From: a bacterium
Lineage (GTDB): Bacteria; Zhuqueibacterota; Zhuqueibacteria; Oceanimicrobiales; Oceanimicrobiaceae
Reading direction: 5' to 3'
Length of the DNA stretch: 64,000 nucleotides
Assembly (NCBI GenBank): GCA_037446635.1
Contig: JBBIIG010000001.1
Coordinates: 181,638 to 245,637, forward strand
Shown: one piece after another, positions 39,885 to 49,402 of the stretch
Layout of the letters: each line of letters opens with the position of its first letter
Numbering within the stretch: position 1 is the first letter of the stretch
Program-made: the position numbers and the translations under genes
The notes under the pieces: model-generated
What the model saw: only the letters and a program-made list of their open reading frames with translations
The model's database searches: none
What the model was told of the DNA's origin: nothing

Positions 39885-42377
39885 TTAAAGCAATGACACC
39901 GGATCCACATCCACCGAAAGCTGGATGCCGCGAGTTTGAAACTCGGCGCGAAATTTTTTCTCCGCGTCGCGTACCGCCTGCCGGATGACTTTGCCGGCGG
40001 GATCGCGGCGTTTGCTTTCTTTGATGAGAATGTGCCAGCGGTACTTGTTCTGAATTTTCACCAGCGGTGAGGGCGTCGGGCCGAGCACCTCAAATGGACC
40101 CTTTTGACTTTTTAAAACCTGAGCAAAATTCTCCGCCGACTCCATCACCTTCTTTTCATCCTTGCCTTTGAAAAGGATCGAAATGATTCGTCCGAACGGC
40201 GGATAAAGCAGCTCTCGGCGATCTTCAATTTCTTTGTTAAAAAATTTCACGAAGTCATGGGTTTTGGCGCAGACGAGACAGAAATGGAAGGGTGAATAGG
40301 TTTGGATGATCACCTCGCCGGGCAAATCCTTACGCCCGGCGCGGCCCGCAACCTGAGTCAAAAGTTGGAAGGCGCGCTCGCTGGCGCGGAAGTCGGGCAG
40401 AAACAAACCGATGTCGGCGTTGATTACTCCAACCAATGTCACTTTCTGGAAATCCAAGCCTTTGGCGATCATTTGGGTGCCGAGGAGGATATCGTATTTG
40501 CCGCGCTCGAAATCCTGCAAAATGCGATCGTGCGCCCACTTGCGGCCGGTGGTATCTAAATCCATGCGCACCGCCCGCGCTTCGGGAAAACGGAGCTTAA
40601 TTTCTTCTTCCACTTGCTGGGTGCCGAGCCCTCGAAACAGAATATCGACGCCGCCGCACTCGGGGCAAACTTCGGGTGCCTTTTTTGAGTAACCGCAGTA
40701 GTGGCAGCGCAAACGCCGACCGCGTAAATGATAGGTCAACGAAATCTGGCAATTTTTGCAATTCTCGATAAAACCGCACTCTTTGCATTTAATAAAATTA
40801 GAAAAACCGCGCCGGTTGAGTAGCAAAATAACCTGCTGGTGATGGGCGAGGCGTTTTTCAATTTCCTGCACCAGCAGCCGGGAAAACACCGGCATCTCTT
40901 TTTTGCCGGATAACCGCTGCTCCTTTTGCAGCTCGATGATTTCAACTTTCGGCATCGGCACATCATCCACGCGCCGGCGCAATTCCAGTAATTGATATTT
41001 GCCAATTTTTGCGTTGTAATACGATTCCGCCGAAGGAGTGGCCGAGCCGAGGATCACAACGGCGTTGTTCAACTTGGCGCGCATCACCGCCACATCGCGG
41101 CCGTGATAGCGTGGATTGGGTTCCGCCTGTTTGTAGGAATCCTCCTGCTCCTCATCCACGACAATTAACCCTAACTTTCGCACCGGCGCAAAAATCGCCG
41201 AACGCGGCCCAATCGCCACCCGCGCCTCGCCGCTTTTGAGTCTGCGCCAGGAATCATAACGTTCTTCCGGGGACATGGCGCTGTGCAGCACCGCCACTTT
41301 CTCTTTGAAATGAGAACGGAAGCGCTGCACGGTTTGCGGGGTCAACGAAATTTCCGGCACCAGCACAATGGCGTCTTTTCCCTTTTCCAAAATCGCATAA
41401 ATGGCTTCGATATAAACCTGCGTCTTGCCGCTGCCGGTGACGCCGTGCAGCAAAAAGGGGGTGAATTGGTTTTGTTCGATGGCGGCCGCGATGCGCGCGA
41501 AAGCGGCTTGTTGCTCTTCATTAAGAGTAATTTTGGGCGGCTCGAAAATTTCCGCGTGTTGATAATAATCCCGCGGCGCCTCTTTTTCATAAAATTCGAC
41601 CAGCGAGCGTTTTTGGAGAGATTTCAACGTGCTCAAGCCGATGCCGCTAATGAACAGCAAATCTTTCTGGCTAATTTCGGCCGCGGTTTCTTTCAAAAAC
41701 TGTAAGCAGCGAATCTGGCGCGCGGTTAATTTTCGTTTGCCGTCTATTTTTGAATTCCAATCGTCCGTGTCGCTAATTGCTGGGTTCAGCCGCACGCATT
41801 TCACCAGTCGGGCTTGAGTTTTGGATTTTGGCAGGAGGTGCTGGAGGTGGACAAATCCCTGCGCCTGTAGTTCATTAATGCTGGACATCAAGTTGCGCGC
41901 GCCGATTCGTTTCATCAGCTGGGTCACTGGCAGCCGGCCGCTCTTGGCCAGATAGCGCACAATTTGCGCCTGGCGCGGGGCGGCGTTTTTCAACATCCAA
42001 CCGAGGGACGAAACATGTTGCGCCGCCAATTCCACGTATTGTTTGGATCGTTGAAACAAAATGGCGGGGAGGGCGGCGCGCAGGGCGTCGCCCAGCGGGC
42101 TTAGATAGTAATCGGAAATCCAAAGGGCTAAGCGATAAAGTTCCTCCGAAAACAGCGGCTGGGAGTCCAACACGTCCTGGATGTCCCGCAATTCAGACTC
42201 TGGCAAATCTGTGCGCTCTTTGCGCTCGACGATAAAGCCGGTGAGCCGACGTTTGCCAAAGGGCGCCAGCACCCGACTGCCAATTTTGGCAAGAGGAGCC
42301 AGCTCCGGTGGCAAACGATAGGTGAAGGCGCGATCGATAGTTTGCGGAAAAACAACGTCGGCGAATGGGGCTTCCAT
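39885..42377 (-). CDS. priA: Primosomal protein N'
   Basis: LHGVTGSGKT, LVPEISLTPQ, VDEEQ, GSATPS, four CxxC pairs, GTQMIAKGLDF, QVAGRAGR. Confidence 0.97.
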   Translation of the reverse strand: MEAPFADVVFPQTIDRAFTYRLPPELAPLAKIGSRVLAPFGKRRLTGFIVERKERTDLPESELRDIQDVLDSQPLFSEELYRLALWISDYYLSPLGDALRAALPAILFQRSKQYVELAAQHVSSLGWMLKNAAPRQAQIVRYLAKSGRLPVTQLMKRIGARNLMSSINELQAQGFVHLQHLLPKSKTQARLVKCVRLNPAISDTDDWNSKIDGKRKLTARQIRCLQFLKETAAEISQKDLLFISGIGLSTLKSLQKRSLVEFYEKEAPRDYYQHAEIFEPPKITLNEEQQAAFARIAAAIEQNQFTPFLLHGVTGSGKTQVYIEAIYAILEKGKDAIVLVPEISLTPQTVQRFRSHFKEKVAVLHSAMSPEERYDSWRRLKSGEARVAIGPRSAIFAPVRKLGLIVVDEEQEDSYKQAEPNPRYHGRDVAVMRAKLNNAVVILGSATPSAESYYNAKIGKYQLLELRRRVDDVPMPKVEIIELQKEQRLSGKKEMPVFSRLLVQEIEKRLAHHQQVILLLNRRGFSNFIKCKECGFIENCKNCQISLTYHLRGRRLRCHYCGYSKKAPEVCPECGGVDILFRGLGTQQVEEEIKLRFPEARAVRMDLDTTGRKWAHDRILQDFERGKYDILLGTQMIAKGLDFQKVTLVGVINADIGLFLPDFRASERAFQLLTQVAGRAGRKDLPGEVIIQTYSPFHFCLVCAKTHDFVKFFNKEIEDRRELLYPPFGRIISILFKGKDEKKVMESAENFAQVLKSQKGPFEVLGPTPSPLVKIQNKYRWHILIKESKRRDPAGKVIRQAVRDAEKKFRAEFQTRGIQLSVDVDPVSLL

Positions 42378-42437
42378 GAAAATCAATATAAAAGATTAAT
42401 CGGACTGCCGCAATCGCGATTTTCGTTTTGGGGAAAT

Positions 42438-42471
42438 AAAAAACCCCGGAGTCTTTGAGGCTCCGGGGTTT
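42438..42471 (-). terminator. Intrinsic terminator after the sigma factor gene
   Basis: Minus strand AAACCCCGGAGCCT-caa-AGACTCCGGGGTTTTTT. Confidence 0.75.
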
Positions 42472-42492
42472 GCCGTTCCAAAGCGCGGGCTA

Positions 42493-43350
42493 CTAACCGA
42501 GATACTTTCGCAGCGGTTCCAGCCGCGAACGGTGCCGCATGCGGCGCAATGCCTTCTCTTTGATTTGGCGAACACGCTCACGGGTGAGTTGGAAATGCTC
42601 GCCAATTTCTTCCAGAGTCAGCGGGCGATCACCCTCGAGGCCGAAATAGAGCCGGATGATCTCCGCTTCGCGCGGCTTGAGAGTCACCAACACTTTGTCA
42701 ATTTCCTCTTTTAGCGACTCCTGCATCAACGAGTCGTCGGGAGGGGCGTACTTGTCGCTCTCCAGCACGTCGAGCAGGTTGTTGCCTTCATCTTCTTTGA
42801 ATGGCTCATCCAACGAGAGATGGCGCGCGGAGGTTTTCAAGACATCGGCTACTTCGTAATCGGTCATTTCCATGGTGTCCGCCACTTCCGACATGCTGGG
42901 CTCGCGGCCAAATTCTTTTTCCAACTTTTCCAGCACGCGGCCAACCTTATTGATGGCGCCGACGCGGTTCAACGGCAGCCGCACCACCCGCGACTGCTCG
43001 GCCAATGCCTGCAAGATCGACTGACGAATCCACCACACAGCATAAGAAATGAATTTAAAGCCGCGGGTTTCGTCAAACCGCTGAGCGGCTTTGATGAGAC
43101 CGAGGTTCCCCTCGCTGATCAAATCCTGCAGCGGCAGCCCCTGGCCCTGGTATTCCTTGGCCACGCTGATCACGAACCGCAAATTCGCTTTCACCAACTT
43201 ATCCAGCGCCTTGGATTCACCCTTACGGATGCGGCGCGTCAACTCGATTTCTTCAGCAGGAGGAAGCGGGGTAAAACCGCCAATCTCCTCAAGATATTTT
43301 TCAATGGATTGTTTTGGCCGGTTATCTACTTTTTTTTGCTTTTTTGCCAT
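42493..43350 (-). CDS. rpoD: RNA polymerase sigma-70 factor, RpoD/SigA family, lacking region 1.1
   Basis: ANLRFVISVAK, DLISEGNLGL, GFKFISYAVWWIRQ, TLEEIG...TRERVRQI. Confidence 0.9.
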   Translation of the reverse strand: MAKKQKKVDNRPKQSIEKYLEEIGGFTPLPPAEEIELTRRIRKGESKALDKLVKANLRFVISVAKEYQGQGLPLQDLISEGNLGLIKAAQRFDETRGFKFISYAVWWIRQSILQALAEQSRVVRLPLNRVGAINKVGRVLEKLEKEFGREPSMSEVADTMEMTDYEVADVLKTSARHLSLDEPFKEDEGNNLLDVLESDKYAPPDDSLMQESLKEEIDKVLVTLKPREAEIIRLYFGLEGDRPLTLEEIGEHFQLTRERVRQIKEKALRRMRHRSRLEPLRKYLG

Positions 43351-43640
43351 GACCAATTCGTTTACCCTTTCAATATATGATTTTATCTATAGTTAAATAT
43401 AGTCTCTTTCTTTAGGCTGTTTTCGACCACTTTATACCAGCACAGCCAATATTTTGTTTCCCATGAATTAAGATTAGCGGAGACAAACTGAGCGCTTAAA
43501 TTTTCGCTGAGGGTTAGTTTAAAATCCACTGTTGTAGCTGACGGGCCGCCTGACTTCCTTTTTAGAAGCCACGCCAGTATCGTTAGATAACGACTCCTGA
43601 CGCTCTCTCCTCCCTTCACCTCAAGTTTAAAACAGCCGTA

Positions 43641-43669
43641 AATATAATGTCCTAAATAGGCGTTGTCAA
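43641..43669 (-). promoter_or_regulatory. Sigma-70 promoter upstream of rpoD
   Basis: TTGACA-N17-TATATT. Confidence 0.65.
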
Positions 43670-43818
43670 GTTATATTTTCGTTTTGGCGGTTTCATTTTG
43701 GCTGTCTATATATAGCGCTTATGGAATCGAATTGCATAAAATATGCTAATTTTACTTATGTTACCATTTAGCGGCTAAAGAAAACAAGAAAGTAGCCGAT
43801 GAACAAGAGACCAATAAG

Positions 43819-44712
43819 ATGATGAAAACTTCAAAAACCACCCTTCCGCTGGCCGAACGCCCTGCTTACAAAGGCTTAGTCCAGCTTAGCGAGCACCTCA
43901 TAAAAGTGGTTCGCGAGAAAAAAGAGCACCTGAAAATGGCGCAGGAGCAGTTGTCGCAAACCGGCAAATTGGCTACTCTGGGCACGCTGGGCGCGGAAAT
44001 CGCCCACGAGCTCAACAACCTGCTGACCATCATCAGCGCGGAGGCGGATGAAATTCAAGATTCCGTAAATGACGGGCGGCTGGATTGGCAGCAGACCTCC
44101 AATTCCGCCAAAAATATCAAACATTATGCCCAACGCATGCGCTTGATTGTCGATCACATCCGCGAGTACACCTGGGACGACAGCCATTCCAATCGCATCC
44201 CGGTGGATATAAATGATGTCATCCGAGATTCCCTCATCTTGCTGAATTCTTCGCTAAAAAAAGACGGGATTGAGGTGAGAGCGGGGCTGACGGAAAATCT
44301 TCCCCATATTTGGGGCCATCGCAACAAATTGGAGTCGGTCTTTCAAAACTTGATCGCCAACGCGCGCGATGCCCTGCGGGCCTCTGGCAAAAAAGAAAAT
44401 AAAACCATCCAAATTCTGACTCAAAAAATAAACGAAGAACAAATTGCAGTTAAAATTTCCGACAACGGCTGCGGCATGACCGACGAAGTGCAACGTAAAG
44501 TCTTCCAACCGTTTTTTACCACAAAAGGCCGCGGTGAAGGTACCGGACTGGGTTTATCTATCGCTTACTCAATTATCAAAGAACATCAAGGTGACATTTT
44601 TCTGCAATCTGAAGTGGGCGCAGGAACGGAATTTATTGTCGTGCTTCCAGTGGAGAGAAGACACATCAATGAGGCTGAACGGAGTGAAAAAAAACATTTT
44701 GATCATCGATGA
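43819..44712 (+). CDS. Cytoplasmic NtrB-like histidine kinase without a sensor domain
   Basis: IAHELNN, NLIANARDA, DNGCG, FQPFFTTK, GTGLGL. Confidence 0.9.
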   Translation: MMKTSKTTLPLAERPAYKGLVQLSEHLIKVVREKKEHLKMAQEQLSQTGKLATLGTLGAEIAHELNNLLTIISAEADEIQDSVNDGRLDWQQTSNSAKNIKHYAQRMRLIVDHIREYTWDDSHSNRIPVDINDVIRDSLILLNSSLKKDGIEVRAGLTENLPHIWGHRNKLESVFQNLIANARDALRASGKKENKTIQILTQKINEEQIAVKISDNGCGMTDEVQRKVFQPFFTTKGRGEGTGLGLSIAYSIIKEHQGDIFLQSEVGAGTEFIVVLPVERRHINEAERSEKKHFDHR

Positions 44713-45094
44713 CGAACAAATCATCCGCGATATTTTGACCCGCCGGCTCGAGCGGCTGGGGTTTCAGGTGTTGACGGCGGGCGACGGCTCACAGGGAATC
44801 GAGATCATCAAAAACATCGGACTGGATTTGGTTATTTGCGATATCAAATTGCCCAACGGGGTATCGGGAATGGAGGTGCTGTGTGCGCTGAAGCAAAGCC
44901 AGCCGCTGACGCCTTTCGTGGCCACCTCCGGGCTCCATTCCACCAGCTCCACCGTGCAGGAAATCATTCAAAACGGCGCGGCGCTTTTTTTGAAAAAGCC
45001 CTTCTCGTCTCTAAACGAAGTGGCCGACCAAATTAGCCGCTTGCTCAACGTTCCCACGCCGTCAAATCGTCCACCGACCACCGCGGTCGCCTGA
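44669..45094 (+). CDS. Single-domain response regulator
   Basis: ILIIDDE, VICDIKLP, TSG, KKPF. Start moved to 44669. Confidence 0.88.
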   Translation: MRLNGVKKNILIIDDEQIIRDILTRRLERLGFQVLTAGDGSQGIEIIKNIGLDLVICDIKLPNGVSGMEVLCALKQSQPLTPFVATSGLHSTSSTVQEIIQNGAALFLKKPFSSLNEVADQISRLLNVPTPSNRPPTTAVA

Positions 45095-46750
45095 AAAGCG
45101 GTTGGAAATCACCACAACCGTTCCAATCAGAATAAACAAAAATACGCTGTACGCTGCCGCCGAACCGAGATTGAAAATCCGCAGTTGCGAAATGATTTCC
45201 ACGGAAATCGGGCGGTTGGAATAATTATAAAGCAAAATGGAAGCGACGAACTCCCCCACTGCCAACACATACGCCAACAGCGCGCCCGAAACCACCCCCG
45301 GCGCAATCAACGGCAGCATCACTTTGCGGAAACTAAACCACCACGAAGCGCCCAAATTGCGCGCCGATTCCTCCAGCGACGGATCAAATTGTTCCAACGC
45401 GGCATACGTGGAACGGAACACCACCGGCAGGTTGCGGATGAAATAGGCCAGCGGCAAAATCCAGAACGTGCCCACTAAAATTTTTCCGGCCGACAAAAAA
45501 CTGGGCCGATTGAACGCAACAATCAACCCGATGGCCACCACCGTGCCGGGGATCGCCCACGGCAGCATGGTAAGCGCCTCCACCACCTTCTTTCCCCAAA
45601 ATCGTTTTCGAATCAGCAAATACGCCGCAACCACTCCGAAGGCCACATTTGCCGCCGTTGCCAGCGTCGCCATTTTCACGCTATTGGCCACTGGCTCCAC
45701 CACTCGCGGCTCGTTAAACAAACTGAGGTAGTTCTCAAACGTGTAGGCTGGAGGGAGAATCTCCCAGGTCCAGGCGCCGTTTTTTACAAAAGAAATCAAC
45801 ACCACTGTGAGGTGGGGGAGGATCAAAAACACCACCAGCCCGATGCCAGCGAAGCCCATTATCCAGCGCCGCCAGCCGCGGCGGACGGGCTTCGGCTGCA
45901 ACCGCACGCCCTTTCCCGAGGCAGTATAAAGTCTCCCTCCAGAGTACCAACGCAGCAGCACCAAAAATAGAATCGAAATGGCGGTGAGAATCACCGACTG
46001 GGTGATCGCCAGCCCCATTTCACCGTTCAATTTGCTGTTATAAATTTCCAGGCTCAAAATGCGGAAGCCGCCGGCGAAAATGAACGGCGCGCTAAACGAC
46101 GCCATCGACGTCATAAACACCAGCAGCGCCGCGCCGCCCAGCGCCGGCGTGAGCAGCGGCAGCGTAACTTTTCGCAAGATTAGCCAGCGACCGGCGCCCA
46201 AATTTTGCGCCGCCTCCAGCAGCGAAACATCCATTTCGCTAAAGGCCGTCGAGGTGAAAAGATAAAAATAAACATACATACTGTAAGTGTGCACCACTAA
46301 AATCGCCGCTACGCCTCTGAGGGCAAACGGCGGCGCATCCAGTCGAAATATCGCCTGCAAAAACCGCGGCAGGATGCCGCTTTCTCCAAACAGAAATAGA
46401 AACGCGAGCACGCCCACCAGCGGCGGCATCACCACCGGCAGCACCGCGATCGCCGAAAAAAGTTTGCGCCCCGGAAACGTGTAGTGGGTGAACACATACG
46501 CCAGCGCCACGCCCATCACTCCAGAAAATAGAACCGTCAAAATTGAAACATAGACACTGCCCCAGAGGGCCTGCAAACTGGCCGGGTGCTCGAGGTTAAA
46601 AAAATCGCGATAGTAGTTGGCGGTGATTCCCTCCTCCGTCGCAAAACTCTGAATCAAAATTTGCAAATTGGGATACAGGACATACGCCAGCAGAATGAAT
46701 AAAATCGGCAGAAGAAGAACCAGCAGCGGAAGATGTTTGCGAAGGATCAT
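45062..46750 (-). CDS. Fe3+/AfuB-type ABC permease (two fused TMDs)
   Basis: Two EAA loops (LEAAQNLGA, LEESARNLGA). Confidence 0.88.
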   Translation of the reverse strand: MILRKHLPLLVLLLPILFILLAYVLYPNLQILIQSFATEEGITANYYRDFFNLEHPASLQALWGSVYVSILTVLFSGVMGVALAYVFTHYTFPGRKLFSAIAVLPVVMPPLVGVLAFLFLFGESGILPRFLQAIFRLDAPPFALRGVAAILVVHTYSMYVYFYLFTSTAFSEMDVSLLEAAQNLGAGRWLILRKVTLPLLTPALGGAALLVFMTSMASFSAPFIFAGGFRILSLEIYNSKLNGEMGLAITQSVILTAISILFLVLLRWYSGGRLYTASGKGVRLQPKPVRRGWRRWIMGFAGIGLVVFLILPHLTVVLISFVKNGAWTWEILPPAYTFENYLSLFNEPRVVEPVANSVKMATLATAANVAFGVVAAYLLIRKRFWGKKVVEALTMLPWAIPGTVVAIGLIVAFNRPSFLSAGKILVGTFWILPLAYFIRNLPVVFRSTYAALEQFDPSLEESARNLGASWWFSFRKVMLPLIAPGVVSGALLAYVLAVGEFVASILLYNYSNRPISVEIISQLRIFNLGSAAAYSVFLFILIGTVVVISNRFSGDRGGRWTI

Positions 46751-46759
46751 TGGGAGCGG

Positions 46760-47875
46760 TCAGTTTTCCAAAAGAATGACATCGGAGGGAGACACCCGCA
46801 GCATCACGCTCTCCCCTATTTTTTTGAGGGAACCCGACTCCGCCAATTGGCGAACCCGCAGTGGCTGTCCGCCGGCCTCAACCTGATAATCGACGAATGC
46901 CCCGGCAAAGCTGATGCGTTTGATGACGGCGGGGAAAGAATTGAAATCATTGTCCACAGCGTTTGCAAAGCGAATGCTCTCAGGCCGGATGCTAACCGCA
47001 ACAGATTGCCGGGGAACCGGCGGCGCGCCGTTCACCGCCAGCTTGATGGTCACCGTCTGCGCTGGCCGGCGCTGCGGCGTAATTTCGAGCTGAGCGCTGC
47101 CGGCTTGGGAGGTCACCACTTGGCCCTCTAAAATATTCGAATGTCCAACAAAATTGGCCACGAAGCGATCGGCCGGCCGCTGGTAAATTTCCGCGGGCGC
47201 GCCCACTTGATGGCACACCCCGTCCTTCATCACCGCGATGCGGTCGGAAAGGGCGAGGGCTTCTTCCTGATCGTGGGTCACATAAATCGTGGTGATGCCC
47301 AATCGCCGCTGCAGCGCCCGCAGCTCGTCGCGGGTTTCTTCCCGCAGCCGGGCGTCCAGATTGCTCAGTGGTTCATCCAGCAAAAGAATCACCGGCTCGA
47401 TCACAATGGCGCGGGCGATGGCCACCGACGGCAAGCGAAAGTGGGATAATGCCCAGAGCTGCTGGCCGCCGGAAAGCTCGGTTACTTTGCGCTGCTCGAA
47501 ATCGGCCAGCTCCACTAATTTCAGGGCGTCGCGTACCCGCTGTTTGATGTCTGGCTTCGCTACGCCGCGCGCTTCAAGTCCAAACGCGGCATTCTTGAAA
47601 ACCGTCATGTGCGGGAACAGGGCATAGTTTTGAAAGACCATGCCGGTGTTGCGGCGATGGGGCGGCAGAAAGGTCACATCGCGATCATCAAAAAAAATTT
47701 GCCCGGCGGTGGGAAACTCGAAGCCGGCAATCATGCGCAGGGTGGTGGTTTTGCCGCAGCCGCTGGGACCCAGCAGGCTGAAGAATTCCCCCTGCTGGAT
47801 TTCAAGATCGAGATTGCTGACGGCCGCGGTTGCGCCGAAAAACTTGCTGAGATTTTTAAGAATGACTTTTGACAT
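46760..47875 (-). CDS. ABC ATP-binding protein (PotA/FbpC type) with an insertion after the signature motif
   Basis: GPSGCGKT, VFQNYALFPH, LSGGQQ[LWALSHFRLPS]VAIARA, LLDEP, VTHDQ, TOBE. Confidence 0.9.
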   Translation of the reverse strand: MSKVILKNLSKFFGATAAVSNLDLEIQQGEFFSLLGPSGCGKTTTLRMIAGFEFPTAGQIFFDDRDVTFLPPHRRNTGMVFQNYALFPHMTVFKNAAFGLEARGVAKPDIKQRVRDALKLVELADFEQRKVTELSGGQQLWALSHFRLPSVAIARAIVIEPVILLLDEPLSNLDARLREETRDELRALQRRLGITTIYVTHDQEEALALSDRIAVMKDGVCHQVGAPAEIYQRPADRFVANFVGHSNILEGQVVTSQAGSAQLEITPQRRPAQTVTIKLAVNGAPPVPRQSVAVSIRPESIRFANAVDNDFNSFPAVIKRISFAGAFVDYQVEAGGQPLRVRQLAESGSLKKIGESVMLRVSPSDVILLEN

Positions 47876-47878
47876 GTA

Positions 47879-47907
47879 TTGACATTCTTAGTCAAAATTA
47901 TTATTCT
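47879..47907 (+). promoter_or_regulatory. Sigma-70 promoter antisense to the ABC gene cluster
   Basis: TTGACA-N17-TATTCT. Confidence 0.6.
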
Positions 47908-48107
47908 TGTGTCGTGAAAGAATTAACTTTCGAAACACTATTTAGGAATAGCCGCAGCCATATTAATTGCGCTGTTGGTCGGTGTCTTTTTTACAGAAAC
48001 AAAGTTGCAAGCCTTGAAAATAACCATGAGAATAGTAAGTTATGTTGCATTAATAGGTATTTCGCTATGGCTGCACACCTTAAGCAAGGACAAAGGCGAA
48101 TAATAGA

Positions 48108-48227
48108 ATGTTCAGTGACCCATTCTACGTGGCCTTTTTAATTTTGATCCTATCAGTTATGGGCGGGGTCGGTCTAGTTTTGTTGTATGAAAAGTTGAGC
48201 ACTAAGCAAAAAAAGAACAAAAGCTAG
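48108..48227 (+). CDS. 39-aa single-TM small protein with basic tail
   Basis: Manual translation MFSDPFYVAFLILILSVMGGVGLVLLYEKLSTKQKKNKS; AAGG upstream. Confidence 0.55.
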   Translation: MFSDPFYVAFLILILSVMGGVGLVLLYEKLSTKQKKNKS

Positions 48228-48275
48228 AAACCCTCGGCCGGCTCCTTATACTCAATCTTCATAATCGATTATCGA

Positions 48276-49310
48276 TCATCCCTTTCCCTTAATCCGCTCA
48301 TCCCAATACTTCATCCACTCCTGCGATTTCTCCGAAAATATTTTCCAATCGATGGGCATGGGACGAATTTCAGTGGCGGTGATCCACGGGGGTAATTTTT
48401 CTTTTGGAGTGTCTTTTCGCGTGGGAATGCGAAAATATTTTTCCGCCTGAATCACAAAGCTCTCGGTTGTGGTGATGAATTCATAAAATCGTTTTGCCCA
48501 CTCCGGATGTTTGCAATTGGCGATGATAGCCAGTCCCTCCACCAGTACCGGCGTGCCGCTTTTGGGGATCACATAATCAAATGGATACTGGTAAACCTGT
48601 TTCTGCAGCTCGATATCCGGCATATTCCACAGCGTGATCAGCGCCTCCTGCCGCGCGACTTGCAAATACATCAGCGTGGGATTGGCGGGATAGGATTTGG
48701 TGTTGGCGTCTAATTTTCGCAGCCACTCGTAGCCGCGTTCCGGCGAACCGGTTTCCTGATAAAAGCGCCAGATCATGGCCGAAAAAATGGCGCGCATGGT
48801 GCCGGAGGCTAGCGGGTAGCGAATGACGATTTTACCTTTCCATTTCGGGTCCAGCAAATCATCCCAGTCCTGCGGCGCGGTCTCGCGGGTCAGCACCTGC
48901 GAGTTGAAGGTGATGACTTCCGGGGTAAGAAAAGTTCCGTACCAGCGGTGCAGCGAGTCCCGCTGCGAAAGCTCGATGTGTTCGGACCAACTGGGTTGGT
49001 ACGGCTGCAGCAGACCCTCTTCGGCGGCGATCATAAACATGTCGGAGGGCGCACCCCACCAGATGTCCGCTTGCGGGTTGCTTTTTTCGGAGCGCACGCG
49101 ATCGAGCACATCCTGCGAACCCATGTCCAACCACTGCACGCGCACACCGGGATGGGCCGCTTCAAAGCGGCGGGCGAAGTCATCCACTAACTCTTTGCCG
49201 TGCGGGGAATAGATGACGACGCGATCCTCTCTGACGCGATCGGTGGAGGCGCCGCAGCCAAACACAAAAAGGAAAAATATCAGGAAGTAAACGAGTGATG
49301 ATTTTTGCAT
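48276..49310 (-). CDS. ABC extracellular solute-binding lipoprotein (AfuA/FbpA-like)
   Basis: Lipobox VFGC; SEKSNPQADIWWG, PQDWDDLLDPKWKG. Confidence 0.88.
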   Translation of the reverse strand: MQKSSLVYFLIFFLFVFGCGASTDRVREDRVVIYSPHGKELVDDFARRFEAAHPGVRVQWLDMGSQDVLDRVRSEKSNPQADIWWGAPSDMFMIAAEEGLLQPYQPSWSEHIELSQRDSLHRWYGTFLTPEVITFNSQVLTRETAPQDWDDLLDPKWKGKIVIRYPLASGTMRAIFSAMIWRFYQETGSPERGYEWLRKLDANTKSYPANPTLMYLQVARQEALITLWNMPDIELQKQVYQYPFDYVIPKSGTPVLVEGLAIIANCKHPEWAKRFYEFITTTESFVIQAEKYFRIPTRKDTPKEKLPPWITATEIRPMPIDWKIFSEKSQEWMKYWDERIKGKG

Positions 49311-49361
49311 GGCGAAAAATAGCGAACGACGACAAAAAAGTCAAAGGCTATTTCCGCAAGC

Positions 49362-49392
49362 ACCTTGCGAAGGCTTGAAGCCTTCGCAAGGT
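49362..49392. repeat. REP-like perfect palindrome
   Basis: ACCTTGCGAAGGCTT-G-AAGCCTTCGCAAGGT. Confidence 0.7.
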
Positions 49393-49402
49393 TGAAACGA
49401 GG

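Noticed and set aside
43383..43619. 78-aa ORF upstream of rpoD as a CDS
   Set aside because: No recognisable homology and no properly spaced SD; kept only as part of the leader finding.
43722..43736. Sigma-54 promoter upstream of the histidine kinase (TGGAATCGAATTGCA)
   Set aside because: GG-GC spacing is 9 nt rather than the required 10.
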